Shown piece after piece: positions 34,585 through 45,504 of a DNA stretch of 64,000 nucleotides; position 1 is the first letter of the stretch; each line of letters starts with the position of its first letter. The DNA comes from Synergistales bacterium (GTDB taxonomy: Bacteria > Synergistota > Synergistia > Synergistales > JAFGMB01). The notes beneath the pieces are model-generated. The model was not told the origin of the DNA, did no database searches, and saw only the letters and a list, made by a program, of their open reading frames with translations. Location of the stretch: positions 352,001-416,000 of the forward strand of contig OY762654.1 in the NCBI GenBank assembly GCA_963666205.1, read 5' to 3'. The translations under genes were made by a program, and so were the position numbers.

Positions 34585-36513
34585 CTAGCTGACCCGGCTT
34601 CCCAGTGGGATATCCCTATCCGGGGTCAGAAGGGCAAGCTCTTCCTTACCCTTTGGACTTGCAGCAAGAAGCATTCCATTGCTAAGTACACCTCTAAGTT
34701 TAGCAGGTTTGAGATTGCAGACTACTATAATTTTCTTTCCCAGAAGCTCTTCCTCTGAAAAATTCTCCTTGAGGCCTGAAACGATGGTCCTCTTTTCATA
34801 TCCAAGATCTATGCCAATTTTATAAAGTTTGTTAGCCTTTGGGATGCCTTCAATGGAAACGATCTGAGCAACCCTCATCTCCAGATTTCTGAAGTAATCA
34901 ATTTCAACTTCCTCTTCATGATCTCCAGGGTCAGTAATTATACCCTTTGACATATCCCTTTCTTCTTTTTCTTTCTTCCACTTGTCCATATCTATTCTTG
35001 GAAAAAGGATATTCCCTTTATTAACTGTGGCATTCTTCATGAGAGAACCCCAGTTGTAGTCAGCAAGGTTCTGTTCAAGTGGCAGACCTTCCTGTCCAAG
35101 CTGAATCCACATCTTCTCGGCAGTTTCAGGCATAAAGGGAGCTATAAGGAGACATGAGACAGACAGGATCTCATAAAGAACTGCCAGCACGGTATCAAGA
35201 CGTTCAAGATTACCCTCCCGGCCCAGTTTCCAGGGCATAGTCTGATCGATATATTTATTACCCCTGCTGATAAGACTCCAGATGGTTTTAAGAACTTCAT
35301 CAAAAGCAAAGGACTCCATATTCGTTTCTACTTCTTTCAGGGCAAGCTCCATTGCAGTCTTGATTTCCAGATCCAGATCTTCAAGAATAGTGACAGAGGG
35401 AACAACATTTTCCCTGTAACCCTTGATCATCTGAAGTGTTCTGTTAAGAAGGTTTCCCAGATCATTGGCTAGATCCGAATTGATCCTCTGTACCATTGCC
35501 ATTTCAGAAAAGTCTCCATCCAGTCCAAAGGGAACTTCTCTCAACAGGAAGTAACGGAATGCATCGACACCATATAGATCAGCCATTTCAAAAGGATCTA
35601 CTACATTACCTTTTGACTTTGACATCTTCTCTCCTTCAACTGTCCACCAACCATGTGCAAATACCGTAACTGGCGGATTGACACCCAGCGCTATGAGCAT
35701 GATAGGCCAGACAACACAGTGAAAACGAATGATATCTTTCCCTACAAGATGCCTTACCTCAGGCCAATAGCGATCCATAAGATCTCCATCGGGATAGCCG
35801 CAGACCGTCAGATAGTTTATCAGGGCATCGAACCATACATAGATTACATGCTCCTCATCTCCAGGAACAGGAATTCCCCATTTGATGCTGGTCCTGGAGA
35901 TGGACTGGTCGCGGAGTCCCCCTCTGATAAAACTAACTATTTCATTATATCGAGTCCTGGGCATTATGGATTTAAGATTATGTTCATAATAATCAAGCAA
36001 CTCTTTTTCGTATTTTGATATTCTAAGGAAATAACTTTCTTCAGTCATTTTTTCAAGAGGTCGGCCGCAATCAGGACAGGTATTACCATCACCCATACTG
36101 CTCTCCGGAACATAGGTTTCACAAGGTACACAATACCACCCTTCATAAGTACCTTTATAGATATCACCCTGTGACAGCAGTCTTTCAAATATCTTTTTAA
36201 CCGTAATCTCATGACGTTTTTCTGTGGTACGGATAAAATCATCATTGGATATGTTCAAAACCTTCCAGAGGCTTTTGAAATTCTCGACGGTCTTATCGGC
36301 CAACTCAATGGCTGTCATATTCTTTTCAAGGGCACTTCTCTGTATCTTCTGACCATGTTCATCTGTCCCAGTGCAAAAGAAGACATCGTACCCACACATT
36401 CTCTTATACCTGGATATAACATCTGCTGCGATGGTGGTATAGGCATGACCGATATGAGGAATATCATTCACATAATAAATCGGCGTAGTTATATAAAAGT
36501 TTTTGCTTGACAT
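34585..36513 (-). CDS. metG: Methionyl-tRNA synthetase with C-terminal tRNA-binding domain
   Basis: PHIGHAY, CVPC..CPDC knuckle, KMSKS, C-terminal NLKPAKLRGVLSNGMLL. Confidence 0.97.
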   Translation of the reverse strand: MSSKNFYITTPIYYVNDIPHIGHAYTTIAADVISRYKRMCGYDVFFCTGTDEHGQKIQRSALEKNMTAIELADKTVENFKSLWKVLNISNDDFIRTTEKRHEITVKKIFERLLSQGDIYKGTYEGWYCVPCETYVPESSMGDGNTCPDCGRPLEKMTEESYFLRISKYEKELLDYYEHNLKSIMPRTRYNEIVSFIRGGLRDQSISRTSIKWGIPVPGDEEHVIYVWFDALINYLTVCGYPDGDLMDRYWPEVRHLVGKDIIRFHCVVWPIMLIALGVNPPVTVFAHGWWTVEGEKMSKSKGNVVDPFEMADLYGVDAFRYFLLREVPFGLDGDFSEMAMVQRINSDLANDLGNLLNRTLQMIKGYRENVVPSVTILEDLDLEIKTAMELALKEVETNMESFAFDEVLKTIWSLISRGNKYIDQTMPWKLGREGNLERLDTVLAVLYEILSVSCLLIAPFMPETAEKMWIQLGQEGLPLEQNLADYNWGSLMKNATVNKGNILFPRIDMDKWKKEKEERDMSKGIITDPGDHEEEVEIDYFRNLEMRVAQIVSIEGIPKANKLYKIGIDLGYEKRTIVSGLKENFSEEELLGKKIIVVCNLKPAKLRGVLSNGMLLAASPKGKEELALLTPDRDIPLGSRVS

Positions 36514-36577
36514 AGTTATGCCTCCTTCCGAATCTCCATGAAAATATATTTATAAATCGTAACTGACCGATCAATAT

Positions 36578-37402
36578 TCAGTCAGTGTTTTCAAGAATGA
36601 ATTTCTTTATCCTGTTCTTCGGTAAATCGTATCTTTTCTGGATATGGAGAACTATATTCTTTACAGACATGCCTGATCCCAGAAGATCTAATACCTCAGC
36701 ATTCCACTCTTTTTCATCAGAATTAACGTTAATCGGAGCCTCATCCACAACCAGAACCAGCTCTCCCTTTATGCCTCCTCTGTCACTTATATAAAATATA
36801 AGTTCAGAGAGGGACATTTTAAGTGTTTCCTGATAGATCTTGCTTATTTCCCTGGATAAGGCACATCTACGTTCACCAAAGACCTGGGCCATATCCTCAA
36901 GGTGCTTCACTGCTTTATGTGGCGAAAGGAAGAAAATAACAGGCCACGAAATGTCTTTGAACTTTTCCAGATATCTGATCCTCTCTCCTTTTTTATCAGG
37001 AAGAAACCCTACAAAGGTAAAAGGATGGGGTTGAAATCCAGAAAAGAGAACAGCTGGAATGATCGCAGATGCACCAGGTAGAACATCTACCTGAATACCC
37101 TCATCAAGTGCGGCCTTAATAATAACATAGCCTGGATCAGAAATTCCCGGTGTTCCTGCATCTGAAACAAGTGCCACTTTTCTGTCTTCCTTCAGGATCC
37201 TGAGAAGGTATGAAGTTCTGGCCTTTTCATTATGTTCATAGTAGGATACAAGTCTGTTTCTGATCTCGAAATGCTGCAAAAGTCTAGAGGTTTTTCGGGT
37301 ATCTTCACAGGCTATAAGATCCGCATCTTTCAAAACTTCAAGGGCCCTCAGAGTGATATCTCCCAGATTACCTATAGGAGTCGGTACAACGATCAAAGGC
37401 AT
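36578..37402 (-). CDS. rsmI: 16S rRNA C1402 2'-O-methyltransferase
   Basis: PTPIGNLGDITLRA, ACEDTR, SDAGTPGISDPG. Confidence 0.94.
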   Translation of the reverse strand: MPLIVVPTPIGNLGDITLRALEVLKDADLIACEDTRKTSRLLQHFEIRNRLVSYYEHNEKARTSYLLRILKEDRKVALVSDAGTPGISDPGYVIIKAALDEGIQVDVLPGASAIIPAVLFSGFQPHPFTFVGFLPDKKGERIRYLEKFKDISWPVIFFLSPHKAVKHLEDMAQVFGERRCALSREISKIYQETLKMSLSELIFYISDRGGIKGELVLVVDEAPINVNSDEKEWNAEVLDLLGSGMSVKNIVLHIQKRYDLPKNRIKKFILENTD

Positions 37403-38136
37403 GGACTATCCTCCAATGAATAAGCTCTCTTCAGCTCTTCTGTATATTGTCCACTTTCATTACACACCAGTAACGGAGGGTCTAGAATTAAACCTTCACC
37501 AGCGTTTTTACAGGCGTAGATCAGTGCAATTGAAGCTCTTTTGCCCGGAGAGGGGTAAACAGGTCTGAACCTTTTAACCATAGTTTTATTTTTAACCAGA
37601 AGAGACATTAGTTCATCTACCCGTCCGGCGTTAAAAATAAGGTAAAGACGCCCTTTGTTTCGAAGAAGATAAGTTGCGGCAACAATTACATCCTGAAGGG
37701 TACATGACAAACCGTGATTAGCTACAGCTTTACCCTCATCAGAACTTGGTCTGTTACGTGATTTTTCAAAATATGGAGGATTGGCAATTACAACATCAAA
37801 TGATTGAGGCTTGTATATATTAGATATATTCCTTAGATCTCCCTGTCTAAATCTCACTCTATTCTCAAGATTGTTTTTTTGAATATTCTCCACACCAAGG
37901 GACCAAAGGTCTTTCTGTATCTCCAATCCCTCTATAAGTCGGGCTGAAGGATACCGCAGAGCTAGAAGGAGGGAAACGGCTCCATGTGCACTACCCAACT
38001 CAATAGCATTCTCTCCGGATTTGATCTTGGCAAAAGCGGAGAGAAGAACCGTATCAATGTTGACACGAGGTCCATACAAGGGCTGAAACAATTGAAGTTT
38101 TCCATAAAGTATATCGTCACATGTTCTATCTGTCAT
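37393..38136 (-). CDS. SAM-dependent methyltransferase, YabB / tRNA1(Val) m6A37-like
   Basis: DTVLLSAF, ELGSAHG, ANPPYF; upstream of rsmI; ATGA overlap with the smc stop. Confidence 0.8.
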   Translation of the reverse strand: MTDRTCDDILYGKLQLFQPLYGPRVNIDTVLLSAFAKIKSGENAIELGSAHGAVSLLLALRYPSARLIEGLEIQKDLWSLGVENIQKNNLENRVRFRQGDLRNISNIYKPQSFDVVIANPPYFEKSRNRPSSDEGKAVANHGLSCTLQDVIVAATYLLRNKGRLYLIFNAGRVDELMSLLVKNKTMVKRFRPVYPSPGKRASIALIYACKNAGEGLILDPPLLVCNESGQYTEELKRAYSLEDSPCL

Positions 38137-41100
38137 TTCCAATCATCCAGTTTAACGCCAACAATCTGCGACAGACCGGGCTCTTTCATTGTAACACCAT
38201 ACATTATGTTGGCATTTTCCATGGTTATCCTTCTATGGGTCATAATAACGAGTTGAAGAGATGCAGAGTAATCCAGTATTAGATCAACAAACCTTCCAAG
38301 GTTAACATCATCCAGAGCAGCATCCACTTCATCAAGAATCGCAAGAGGGACTTCTGCCACCTCCATAGATGCAAAAAGAAGCGAAATCGCTGTCAGAGAT
38401 TGCTCCCCCCCCGATAACTGATTGAGGTTCTGCATTTTTTTGCCAGGAGGCCTGGCGATGATATCGACGCCACAATCCCAGATAGAACCGCTTTCCTGTA
38501 TTGTCAGATGTGCTTCTCCTCCCCCAAAAAGTCTTTTAAACAGAGTGTCAAACCTCTTATCAACTTTCTGGAGAGCACCTCGAAAAATCTGTTCAACCTG
38601 TTTATCAAGGTTCTCGATCATATTTTTTAACTGACCTGAACCAGTCATGATATCATGAATCTGTTCTTCAAGGTAAGATATCCGTTCCCTCAGAGAAGAA
38701 TCTTCAGATAAACATCCCTGGTCAATTTCACCAAACCCTCTAATCTTCTTTTCAAGTACCCTGATCCTGTTCTGGAGAACTGTCAGATCGGCTTGCGATA
38801 GATCCATATCGCCCTGTGTGGGGAATTTTTCTCCCCACATCTCCAAAAGCTGTTCCATATCCCGTTGTACAGATACTCTCTCATTCTCAAGTCTGTTCTG
38901 ATCATTTTCAAGCAATCGCAGTATTTCAGAAGCCGCATTATATCTGGAAGTGATAGAACCCAGTTTCCTTTCAAAGTTTTCCATGGATTCCCGGTCAAGT
39001 CTAAGCTTCAATCTCTCGGCATTAAGGTCAGTCCATAACTCAAGCCCATTCAGTCCATTATTTTTAAGTTTTTTCAAGGATTCGATATTCAGGGCTTCAA
39101 GGTTATGTTTTTCAGACTGGATCTCCAATAGCGTTCTTTCAAGTCTGGTTTTCTCTTCCTCTATTCTTTGTATTATCTGGTTGGAAGATTTCAACTTTTC
39201 TTTCAGAAGGTTAACCTTATTCTGTTCCTGGGACAGCTGCACTTTCATTTCACTTATATCGGTACTATCAAGGGTATCACTTACCATCTTGATGCCAAGA
39301 GATCTATATTCAAGCTGAATCTTACGTCTTTCTTTCCAGAATCGGATAAGATTAGCTCTTGATTTAACCCTGGAATCTCGAACATTGTTCAGTTCGGTCG
39401 TGAATGAAGATAATTGAATATCATTCTGTTTAAGGGAAGAACTCAAGTCACGTAATTGCAGATTCACATTTTCCTTCAGTTCTGCAAAGTCTTGTTCTTG
39501 TTTTTCAAGATGTTCAAGTTCAATAGCAAGCATTTTTATCCTTGAGATATTTTCTTCAAAAACAGTTTTTTTCTTTTCAAGTTCAAGCTTCTGTTCAACG
39601 ATCCCTGGCCCTTTTCGCCTGAATCCACCTGATACATGACCTTGAGGCGAAAAAACCTCTCCATCCAGAGTGACTACTGGGAAACGCACCTTACGAGAAA
39701 CAAGTTCCCTGGCATTAAAAAAGGTTTCGACAAATAAGACATCCCCCATAAGATGCTCCAAAGCCGGCAACCATTTACTCTCTACAGATATCAGATCTAT
39801 AGCCCATCCGATAACACCTGGCTTATGGTCAAGATCAGATCCATTGTGCAACTTGGGTCTGCATCGATCCAAAGGAAGCATGGTGACCCTTCCTGTTCCT
39901 CTTTTCTTGAGATAATCAATGCAGATCTGGGCTTCGTCCATATTGTCTACCATTAGCCAGAATAGTCTTCCTCCAAGAAAAGAATCCAATGCTTGAGCTA
40001 ATCTTTCAGGAGCGGTAAAGACTTCTATTAAAGGGACAGGTGAAACCTCGAGTCTGCCAAGTCGTGACCCTGAGGTAAGAAAACGAACTGGTTCAGGGTA
40101 CCCCTTTTCCTCAACAGTCGTTCGCAGATCCTCAAGAAAAACTTCAAGATCTCTTTGTTCTTTTTTAAGGATCTGAAGATTACCTGCGATATTTCGACAT
40201 TGTGCAAAGGTCTGGGAATGTTGATCCGTCAATGAAAGAGTTCTTGAAGCAAGTAAGTCCTGTTTTTCTCTCTGGTTCCTCCCTTTTTCCTCCAGTTCCA
40301 ATATTTCCTGTTCAAGCTGTTTTTCCCGATTGGTCAGATTCCTGAGGGATCTTATAATTGTTTCTATTTTTACTGTTATCTGACCTTTCTGTTGACGCAA
40401 TTCAGTAAAGTGTCTTGTCTGATCTCTCCTCTGTTTTTCCTTCTCTTCAAAGATTTTCTCTTTAAAAGCACACTCATCTTTAAGCAAATTGAGAACAGAA
40501 AGTCTGTTTTGGAGATCAGACTGCAAAGTCTGTAACCCTTCAGATGATGATTGTGTTTCTTTTTTCAGAGCAGTCAGGTCTTCCTGTAATTGGCGCTCTT
40601 CTTTGTTTATGATATCTATCCGCTGTCGGGCATTCTTCAGCGATGTTGCAGTTATGAAACATTGACGGAACATGTTCTCTCTCGCAGTAAGTATTTTGTC
40701 AATAGTTTCATAACGAAGGTTTAGGTCTTCTTCTATTTCCTTTTTCTTCCCTCGGTATTTCTGTAAAGATCTGCTCCACAGATCACTCCAGAACATTCTT
40801 CCTGCAGCTTCATTCTGGAGTTTTTTTTCTTTTACAGACAGACTCTCATCTTTTGTTTTTAAAAAAGATATCCTCGTGAAATAATAAAGTTTTCTCTGTT
40901 CTTCAAGCTCTTCAAGAATAACTCTTACCTGAGATGCTTTTTTGACGTGAGGTTCTATCTGTTTTCTTCGACTCTGCAGTTCAGACATCAGAGTCTGAAG
41001 TCTCAATAACTCTGAAGAAGCGAGATCAAGCTTTCTATTCGCTTCATCTCGTTTCTTACGGTATTTATCGATCCCAAAAAGGCTTTCCAGATGAAGACGT

Positions 41101-41549
41101 CTCTGGAAGGGTCTGTGTCTTATGGCTTCAGCGACTTCACCCTGACCGATAAAGGCAAACTGTTCCCCTTCAAGTCTGAATCCGGATTTTATCTCCTGGA
41201 GGTCCTGAAGACGGACTTTTTGGCCATCAACCATGAACAGGGTCCCATTAACCGTGGAATATGTTCTGCGAATTGTAACTGATTTGGATATATCAGAGAG
41301 TTGAATTATCGTCTCAGCCTCATTCGAGGGAGACATACTTATACTCCCCTGAAATAGAAGATCACTCTGTCTCTGTATCCTTAGCCTTGCTGGAGTCGGA
41401 TCCCCCAGAACCCATCGAATAGCATCCAGGATATTACTCTTTCCACTCCCATTTGGGCCAACAATGGCAGTGTAACCTGGGGATAATTCTATTTCATGGC
41501 TTCCTCCAAAACTTTTAAATCCCTTAAGACGAAGACGACTGATGTACAA
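38133..41549 (-). CDS. smc: Chromosome segregation ATPase SMC
   Basis: GFKSF, GPNGSGKSN, hinge GRVTMLPL and DGEVFSPQGHVSGG, LSGGEQ, LDEVDAALD. Confidence 0.93.
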   Translation of the reverse strand: MYISRLRLKGFKSFGGSHEIELSPGYTAIVGPNGSGKSNILDAIRWVLGDPTPARLRIQRQSDLLFQGSISMSPSNEAETIIQLSDISKSVTIRRTYSTVNGTLFMVDGQKVRLQDLQEIKSGFRLEGEQFAFIGQGEVAEAIRHRPFQRRLHLESLFGIDKYRKKRDEANRKLDLASSELLRLQTLMSELQSRRKQIEPHVKKASQVRVILEELEEQRKLYYFTRISFLKTKDESLSVKEKKLQNEAAGRMFWSDLWSRSLQKYRGKKKEIEEDLNLRYETIDKILTARENMFRQCFITATSLKNARQRIDIINKEERQLQEDLTALKKETQSSSEGLQTLQSDLQNRLSVLNLLKDECAFKEKIFEEKEKQRRDQTRHFTELRQQKGQITVKIETIIRSLRNLTNREKQLEQEILELEEKGRNQREKQDLLASRTLSLTDQHSQTFAQCRNIAGNLQILKKEQRDLEVFLEDLRTTVEEKGYPEPVRFLTSGSRLGRLEVSPVPLIEVFTAPERLAQALDSFLGGRLFWLMVDNMDEAQICIDYLKKRGTGRVTMLPLDRCRPKLHNGSDLDHKPGVIGWAIDLISVESKWLPALEHLMGDVLFVETFFNARELVSRKVRFPVVTLDGEVFSPQGHVSGGFRRKGPGIVEQKLELEKKKTVFEENISRIKMLAIELEHLEKQEQDFAELKENVNLQLRDLSSSLKQNDIQLSSFTTELNNVRDSRVKSRANLIRFWKERRKIQLEYRSLGIKMVSDTLDSTDISEMKVQLSQEQNKVNLLKEKLKSSNQIIQRIEEEKTRLERTLLEIQSEKHNLEALNIESLKKLKNNGLNGLELWTDLNAERLKLRLDRESMENFERKLGSITSRYNAASEILRLLENDQNRLENERVSVQRDMEQLLEMWGEKFPTQGDMDLSQADLTVLQNRIRVLEKKIRGFGEIDQGCLSEDSSLRERISYLEEQIHDIMTGSGQLKNMIENLDKQVEQIFRGALQKVDKRFDTLFKRLFGGGEAHLTIQESGSIWDCGVDIIARPPGKKMQNLNQLSGGEQSLTAISLLFASMEVAEVPLAILDEVDAALDDVNLGRFVDLILDYSASLQLVIMTHRRITMENANIMYGVTMKEPGLSQIVGVKLDDWK

Positions 41550-43020
41550 CTACCATAGCCTCCCGAACCTTCAATAATGAAAGTTTATGTTCGATCTGAT
41601 CCAATGGACCCTGATAATCAAGTCTGTACTTACTCCAGGAAAATTCGGGTTCCTCCTTGATAAAGATCTTCCTGTCCAGTTCCTCTTCCCATCCATTCAG
41701 ATATGTCTCAGCAATGTATCTGGCTATAACAGGATGTGTTTCAAGAAGAAGGGCTTCGGATCTGTTTGAATGTATAACCTTTCGAAGGAACCTTTTGATC
41801 CCTACCGCAATACTGTCCTCTTTCAATACCCATCCATATCCGCCGCAGAAGGGACATCCCCTCGTGAGAGTAGCACGGATATCCTGTCTCGCCCGTTTTC
41901 TTGTTATCTCGACTAATCCCAGTTGGGTTACCCCAAAGATTTTAGCTTTATATCGATCACCTTGAAATACTACTTCAAGCCTACTGATGAGCAAGTTACG
42001 ATCTTCTTCATGATCCATGTCTATAAAGTCAATAACAACAATTCCGCCTATCGCACGAACCCTGAGTTGACGAGCGATCTCTTCTACTGCTTCAAGATTG
42101 GTGTTCAGAACTGTATGCCTTAGATCCTTACTGCCGATATATTTGCCGGTGTTAACATCGATAAGGGTAAGAGCCTCAGCCTGATCGATAACAAGATAAG
42201 CACCTGATCTTAACCAGACCTTTTTGTCCAGAATAGTTTCAAGTTCTCTTTCTATACCATAGGATTCAAAGATCGGGATCGACCCTCTGTAGAGATCTAT
42301 TTCAGGACAACGTCCCCTGGATATTTTATCAAGATGGTCAGCTATTCTGTCATATTCCTCCTGGTTATCTACCACAATCTCCGAAACATCTTCAGTAAGC
42401 TCATCCCTGAGGATTCGACCGACAAGGCCCAGATCTCTATAAATAAGACAGGGGGCACTCTGTGTTATTGAATTATGTTCAATTTCTTTCCATAATCCGA
42501 TCAGATACTCCAAATCGTTGATCAGGTCAGTTTCTTCGACGCCATCAGCAGCAGTTCTTATAATTATCCCAAAACCATCTTTCCTGATACGTTTGGCAAT
42601 ACTCCTGAGCCTCTCCCGTTCGTCTTCATTGTCTATTCTTTTTGATACCCCTATCTCATGACCACCTGGAACCACGACAAGATAACGTCCCGGAAGAGAT
42701 ATTCTTGCAGTAACTCTTGCACCTTTATTCTTTCTGGCTGTTTTGACCACCTGCACTACTACCTGATCGTTAGGTTTGAGGTCAAGACCTCTGGCATCGT
42801 TAAGATAAAGAAAAGCGTTTCTGCCATCTCCGAGACTTACAAAAGCAGCATGAATGCCAGGAAGAACACTTTCAACGCGAGCGGTATATATTTCACCAGT
42901 TTTCTGTCGTTCCCACATTCGTTCATAAAAAATATCCTGAAGTTTTCCATCTTCCAGGATGGCAACACGCATTTCCTCACTATCTATTGTATTTGCAATA
43001 ATTTTTCTATCTATTGACAA
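41524..43020 (-). CDS. rng: Ribonuclease E/G family (RNase G length)
   Basis: S1 domain AAFVSLG, IDVNTGKY, GGIVVIDFIDM, CPFCGG. Confidence 0.93.
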   Translation of the reverse strand: MSIDRKIIANTIDSEEMRVAILEDGKLQDIFYERMWERQKTGEIYTARVESVLPGIHAAFVSLGDGRNAFLYLNDARGLDLKPNDQVVVQVVKTARKNKGARVTARISLPGRYLVVVPGGHEIGVSKRIDNEDERERLRSIAKRIRKDGFGIIIRTAADGVEETDLINDLEYLIGLWKEIEHNSITQSAPCLIYRDLGLVGRILRDELTEDVSEIVVDNQEEYDRIADHLDKISRGRCPEIDLYRGSIPIFESYGIERELETILDKKVWLRSGAYLVIDQAEALTLIDVNTGKYIGSKDLRHTVLNTNLEAVEEIARQLRVRAIGGIVVIDFIDMDHEEDRNLLISRLEVVFQGDRYKAKIFGVTQLGLVEITRKRARQDIRATLTRGCPFCGGYGWVLKEDSIAVGIKRFLRKVIHSNRSEALLLETHPVIARYIAETYLNGWEEELDRKIFIKEEPEFSWSKYRLDYQGPLDQIEHKLSLLKVREAMVVVHQSSSS

Positions 43021-43050
43021 GGCAGTTACCTCCCTGAATAACGGAGGGTT

Positions 43051-43671
43051 TCATCGATCTTCTCCAATCAATGAAAGAACAGCAGAACCGTTCCACTCTC
43101 CAACAATTGATCTTACAAGACAGATCTCTGACCATTCCTGAATAATTCCTTTTGCCTTAAAATACTTGATCAGAACACTGGGACCCAATCCTCCCGGATT
43201 GGATAAAACAATAGTTACAGAGTCGTTTGCCCGTGAACAGTACAGAATAGATTCCTCGAAGGGTGGGGCCTGGTTCAAAGCCAGGAACATAGATGGAACA
43301 TTCTTGGCATCTCTTGGAATTAAAATATAGGAAGCCGATCCACATTTTTTATTGAGGGATGGCCCTTCTACTTCAATCGAACAATCTATTTCAAGTCCCT
43401 CTGGTAGATGGTCATTCAGTCTAGAAGCAAAGGATTCAACCCTGTTCCCGAACCAGACCTCTGCCGGTTCTTCAAGTGCAACTATACCAACGGGTAGTGC
43501 TGGACCAAGGGTTATCCTGGGACGGGGAGAGAAGCCTTGTGACATAAGGGGCTTCATACCTGCTCTACGTAAAGATCTGTAAAAGACCTGAGGCAGAACA
43601 ACATGGGGGATGAAACAGGTTCTACCCCTTTTTGAATATGTAAACCTTATCCTGAAAACAGAATCAGACAT
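43051..43671 (-). CDS. Radical-SAM-linked protein (TIGR03936/DUF2344-like)
   Basis: R..YSKRG...FIPH...RSLRRAG....SQGFSPRPRI..GPALPVG; directly follows the radical SAM gene. Confidence 0.85.
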   Translation of the reverse strand: MSDSVFRIRFTYSKRGRTCFIPHVVLPQVFYRSLRRAGMKPLMSQGFSPRPRITLGPALPVGIVALEEPAEVWFGNRVESFASRLNDHLPEGLEIDCSIEVEGPSLNKKCGSASYILIPRDAKNVPSMFLALNQAPPFEESILYCSRANDSVTIVLSNPGGLGPSVLIKYFKAKGIIQEWSEICLVRSIVGEWNGSAVLSLIGEDR

Positions 43672-45475
43672 TGTTTACCCACCTGCATCCTTTGGACTGA
43701 AGCCCACAGTTGTTACAATCATTCCAGCGACAGTCAGGTGTAAGTATTTCACCTAACGCTCTTGCCCTTTCTTTAAGTAAAAAGGATCTTGTGACCCCAA
43801 CATCGATATGTTCCCAGGGAAGAGCTTCATTCACAGATCTGCCTCGAGTATATTCCAAAGGATCGATCCCGTATTGATCAAATGATGAAAGCCATCTTGC
43901 AAGGTTAAAGCATTCACTCCAACCATCAAAACGGGCCCCTTTTCTCCAGGCTGATTCTATAATATCAGCAAGATTGCTGTCTCCTCTTGCAAAGACACCT
44001 TCAAGAAATGTCTGTTCCGGTTCATGGTATCCAAGGGAAATATGTTTGTTCCTGACCCGGGATTTTACCATACGACCTTTATCTCTGAGACTCTCAATTG
44101 AGTCCTGATGTTCCCATTGAAAAGGAGTATGTGCTTTTGGAACAAAACCTGCTACAGAGACATTTATACTAGCCTTTCTTTTATAATTTCTGGCAATTCG
44201 GTATGCCTGCTCTGCAATCTCTAAGATTCCCAATAGATCTTCTTCAGTTTCTGTGGGAAGGCCCATCATGAAGTAAAGTTTTACTCTCTGCCATCCATGT
44301 TTGAAAGCAGCGTCAAGACTCTCCTGAATATTTTCTTCAGTTACCCCTTTGTTTATGACATTTCTGAGTCTTTGTGTCCCCGCTTCCGGGGCAAAGGTAA
44401 GTCCGCCTGTCCTCAAAACTTTAAGGGTAGAGGCCATATCAATTGAAAAAGCATCCATACGAAGACTTGGAAGACTAAGCTTCGTCTCCCTTTCATCCAG
44501 GAAAGGAGTAATTCTCTGAATTAACTCTTCAAGACCGGAATAATCACATGAAGCAAGGGAAAGAAGACCGACCTCTTCCCATCCGGTAGAGTTAACAAGA
44601 GCCTTTATGAGTTTCTCCACTGTCTCGGGTTTTCTTTCCCTTACAGGACGGTATATCATACCAGCCTGACAGAAACGACAACCACGGGTGCAGCCCCTGA
44701 ATAGCTCTACGGGAATACGGTCATGGACAACAGAAGCTGTCGGAACTATCATTTTTTCCGGATAATAACTTTCGTCAAGATCATGGATAATATTTCTGGA
44801 AATAGATTCTTTCTGACCGGAAAGAGTACAATACGGGAAATGAGCAGGAACATAAGCTCCTGGGATCCTGGCTATTTCAGAAAGGATATCCCGCCTGGGC
44901 ATTCCTCTACCAGATTCAATCACTTTAAGGAGAGTGGGTAGAAATTTCTCACCATCACCAAGACAGAATACATCTATAAATGGAGCGACAGGTTCTGGCG
45001 TAAGTGCACATGGACCACCTGCAACAATAATAGGTGATTCATCTCCTCTGTCTTCCGACCTGAGGGGAATTCCTCCCATATCCAGCATCGTCAATATATT
45101 CGTGTAAGTCAGTTCATACTGTAGGGTAAAACCAACTACATCAAAATCTTTAAGAACTCTTTTACCTTCAACCGATGTCAGAGGAAAACCAGATTTCCTC
45201 ATCTTCTCTTCCATATCAATCCACGGACAGTAAGCCCTCTCTACATCTGCATAGCCCAATTCCTTGATCAATGGATAGAGAATCTGGTAACCGACATAAC
45301 TCATACCAATTTCATAGACATCCGGAAAAGCGAGACAGACCGTGACAAGGTCTGAAGGTTCACTTTTCGGCACGGTATTTCCCCATTCGTTTCCTACGTA
45401 CCGGGAAGGACGCTTAACATCTGCCATTAAAGGCCAGATATTGTCATCAAATTCCCTGAAATTCACTTCATCCAT
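43664..45475 (-). CDS. TIGR03960-like radical SAM protein (B12-binding-like N-terminus)
   Basis: PSRYVGNE, FPDVYEIGMS, RGCTRGCRFCQAG (CxxxCxxC), FAPEAGTQRLR, PKAHTPFQW. Confidence 0.88.
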   Translation of the reverse strand: MDEVNFREFDDNIWPLMADVKRPSRYVGNEWGNTVPKSEPSDLVTVCLAFPDVYEIGMSYVGYQILYPLIKELGYADVERAYCPWIDMEEKMRKSGFPLTSVEGKRVLKDFDVVGFTLQYELTYTNILTMLDMGGIPLRSEDRGDESPIIVAGGPCALTPEPVAPFIDVFCLGDGEKFLPTLLKVIESGRGMPRRDILSEIARIPGAYVPAHFPYCTLSGQKESISRNIIHDLDESYYPEKMIVPTASVVHDRIPVELFRGCTRGCRFCQAGMIYRPVRERKPETVEKLIKALVNSTGWEEVGLLSLASCDYSGLEELIQRITPFLDERETKLSLPSLRMDAFSIDMASTLKVLRTGGLTFAPEAGTQRLRNVINKGVTEENIQESLDAAFKHGWQRVKLYFMMGLPTETEEDLLGILEIAEQAYRIARNYKRKASINVSVAGFVPKAHTPFQWEHQDSIESLRDKGRMVKSRVRNKHISLGYHEPEQTFLEGVFARGDSNLADIIESAWRKGARFDGWSECFNLARWLSSFDQYGIDPLEYTRGRSVNEALPWEHIDVGVTRSFLLKERARALGEILTPDCRWNDCNNCGLQSKGCRWVNNV

Positions 45476-45504
45476 TTTATTCTCCTAAAATATTATTCAG
45501 ACAG

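Noticed and set aside
36514..36577. T-box or S-box leader for metG
   Set aside because: Only 64 nt of intergenic space, with no T-box motif or terminator.
38133..41549. SMC-like defence system (Wadjet, Lamassu) or SbcC
   Set aside because: Canonical SMC hinge and head motifs, housekeeping context, no partner genes.
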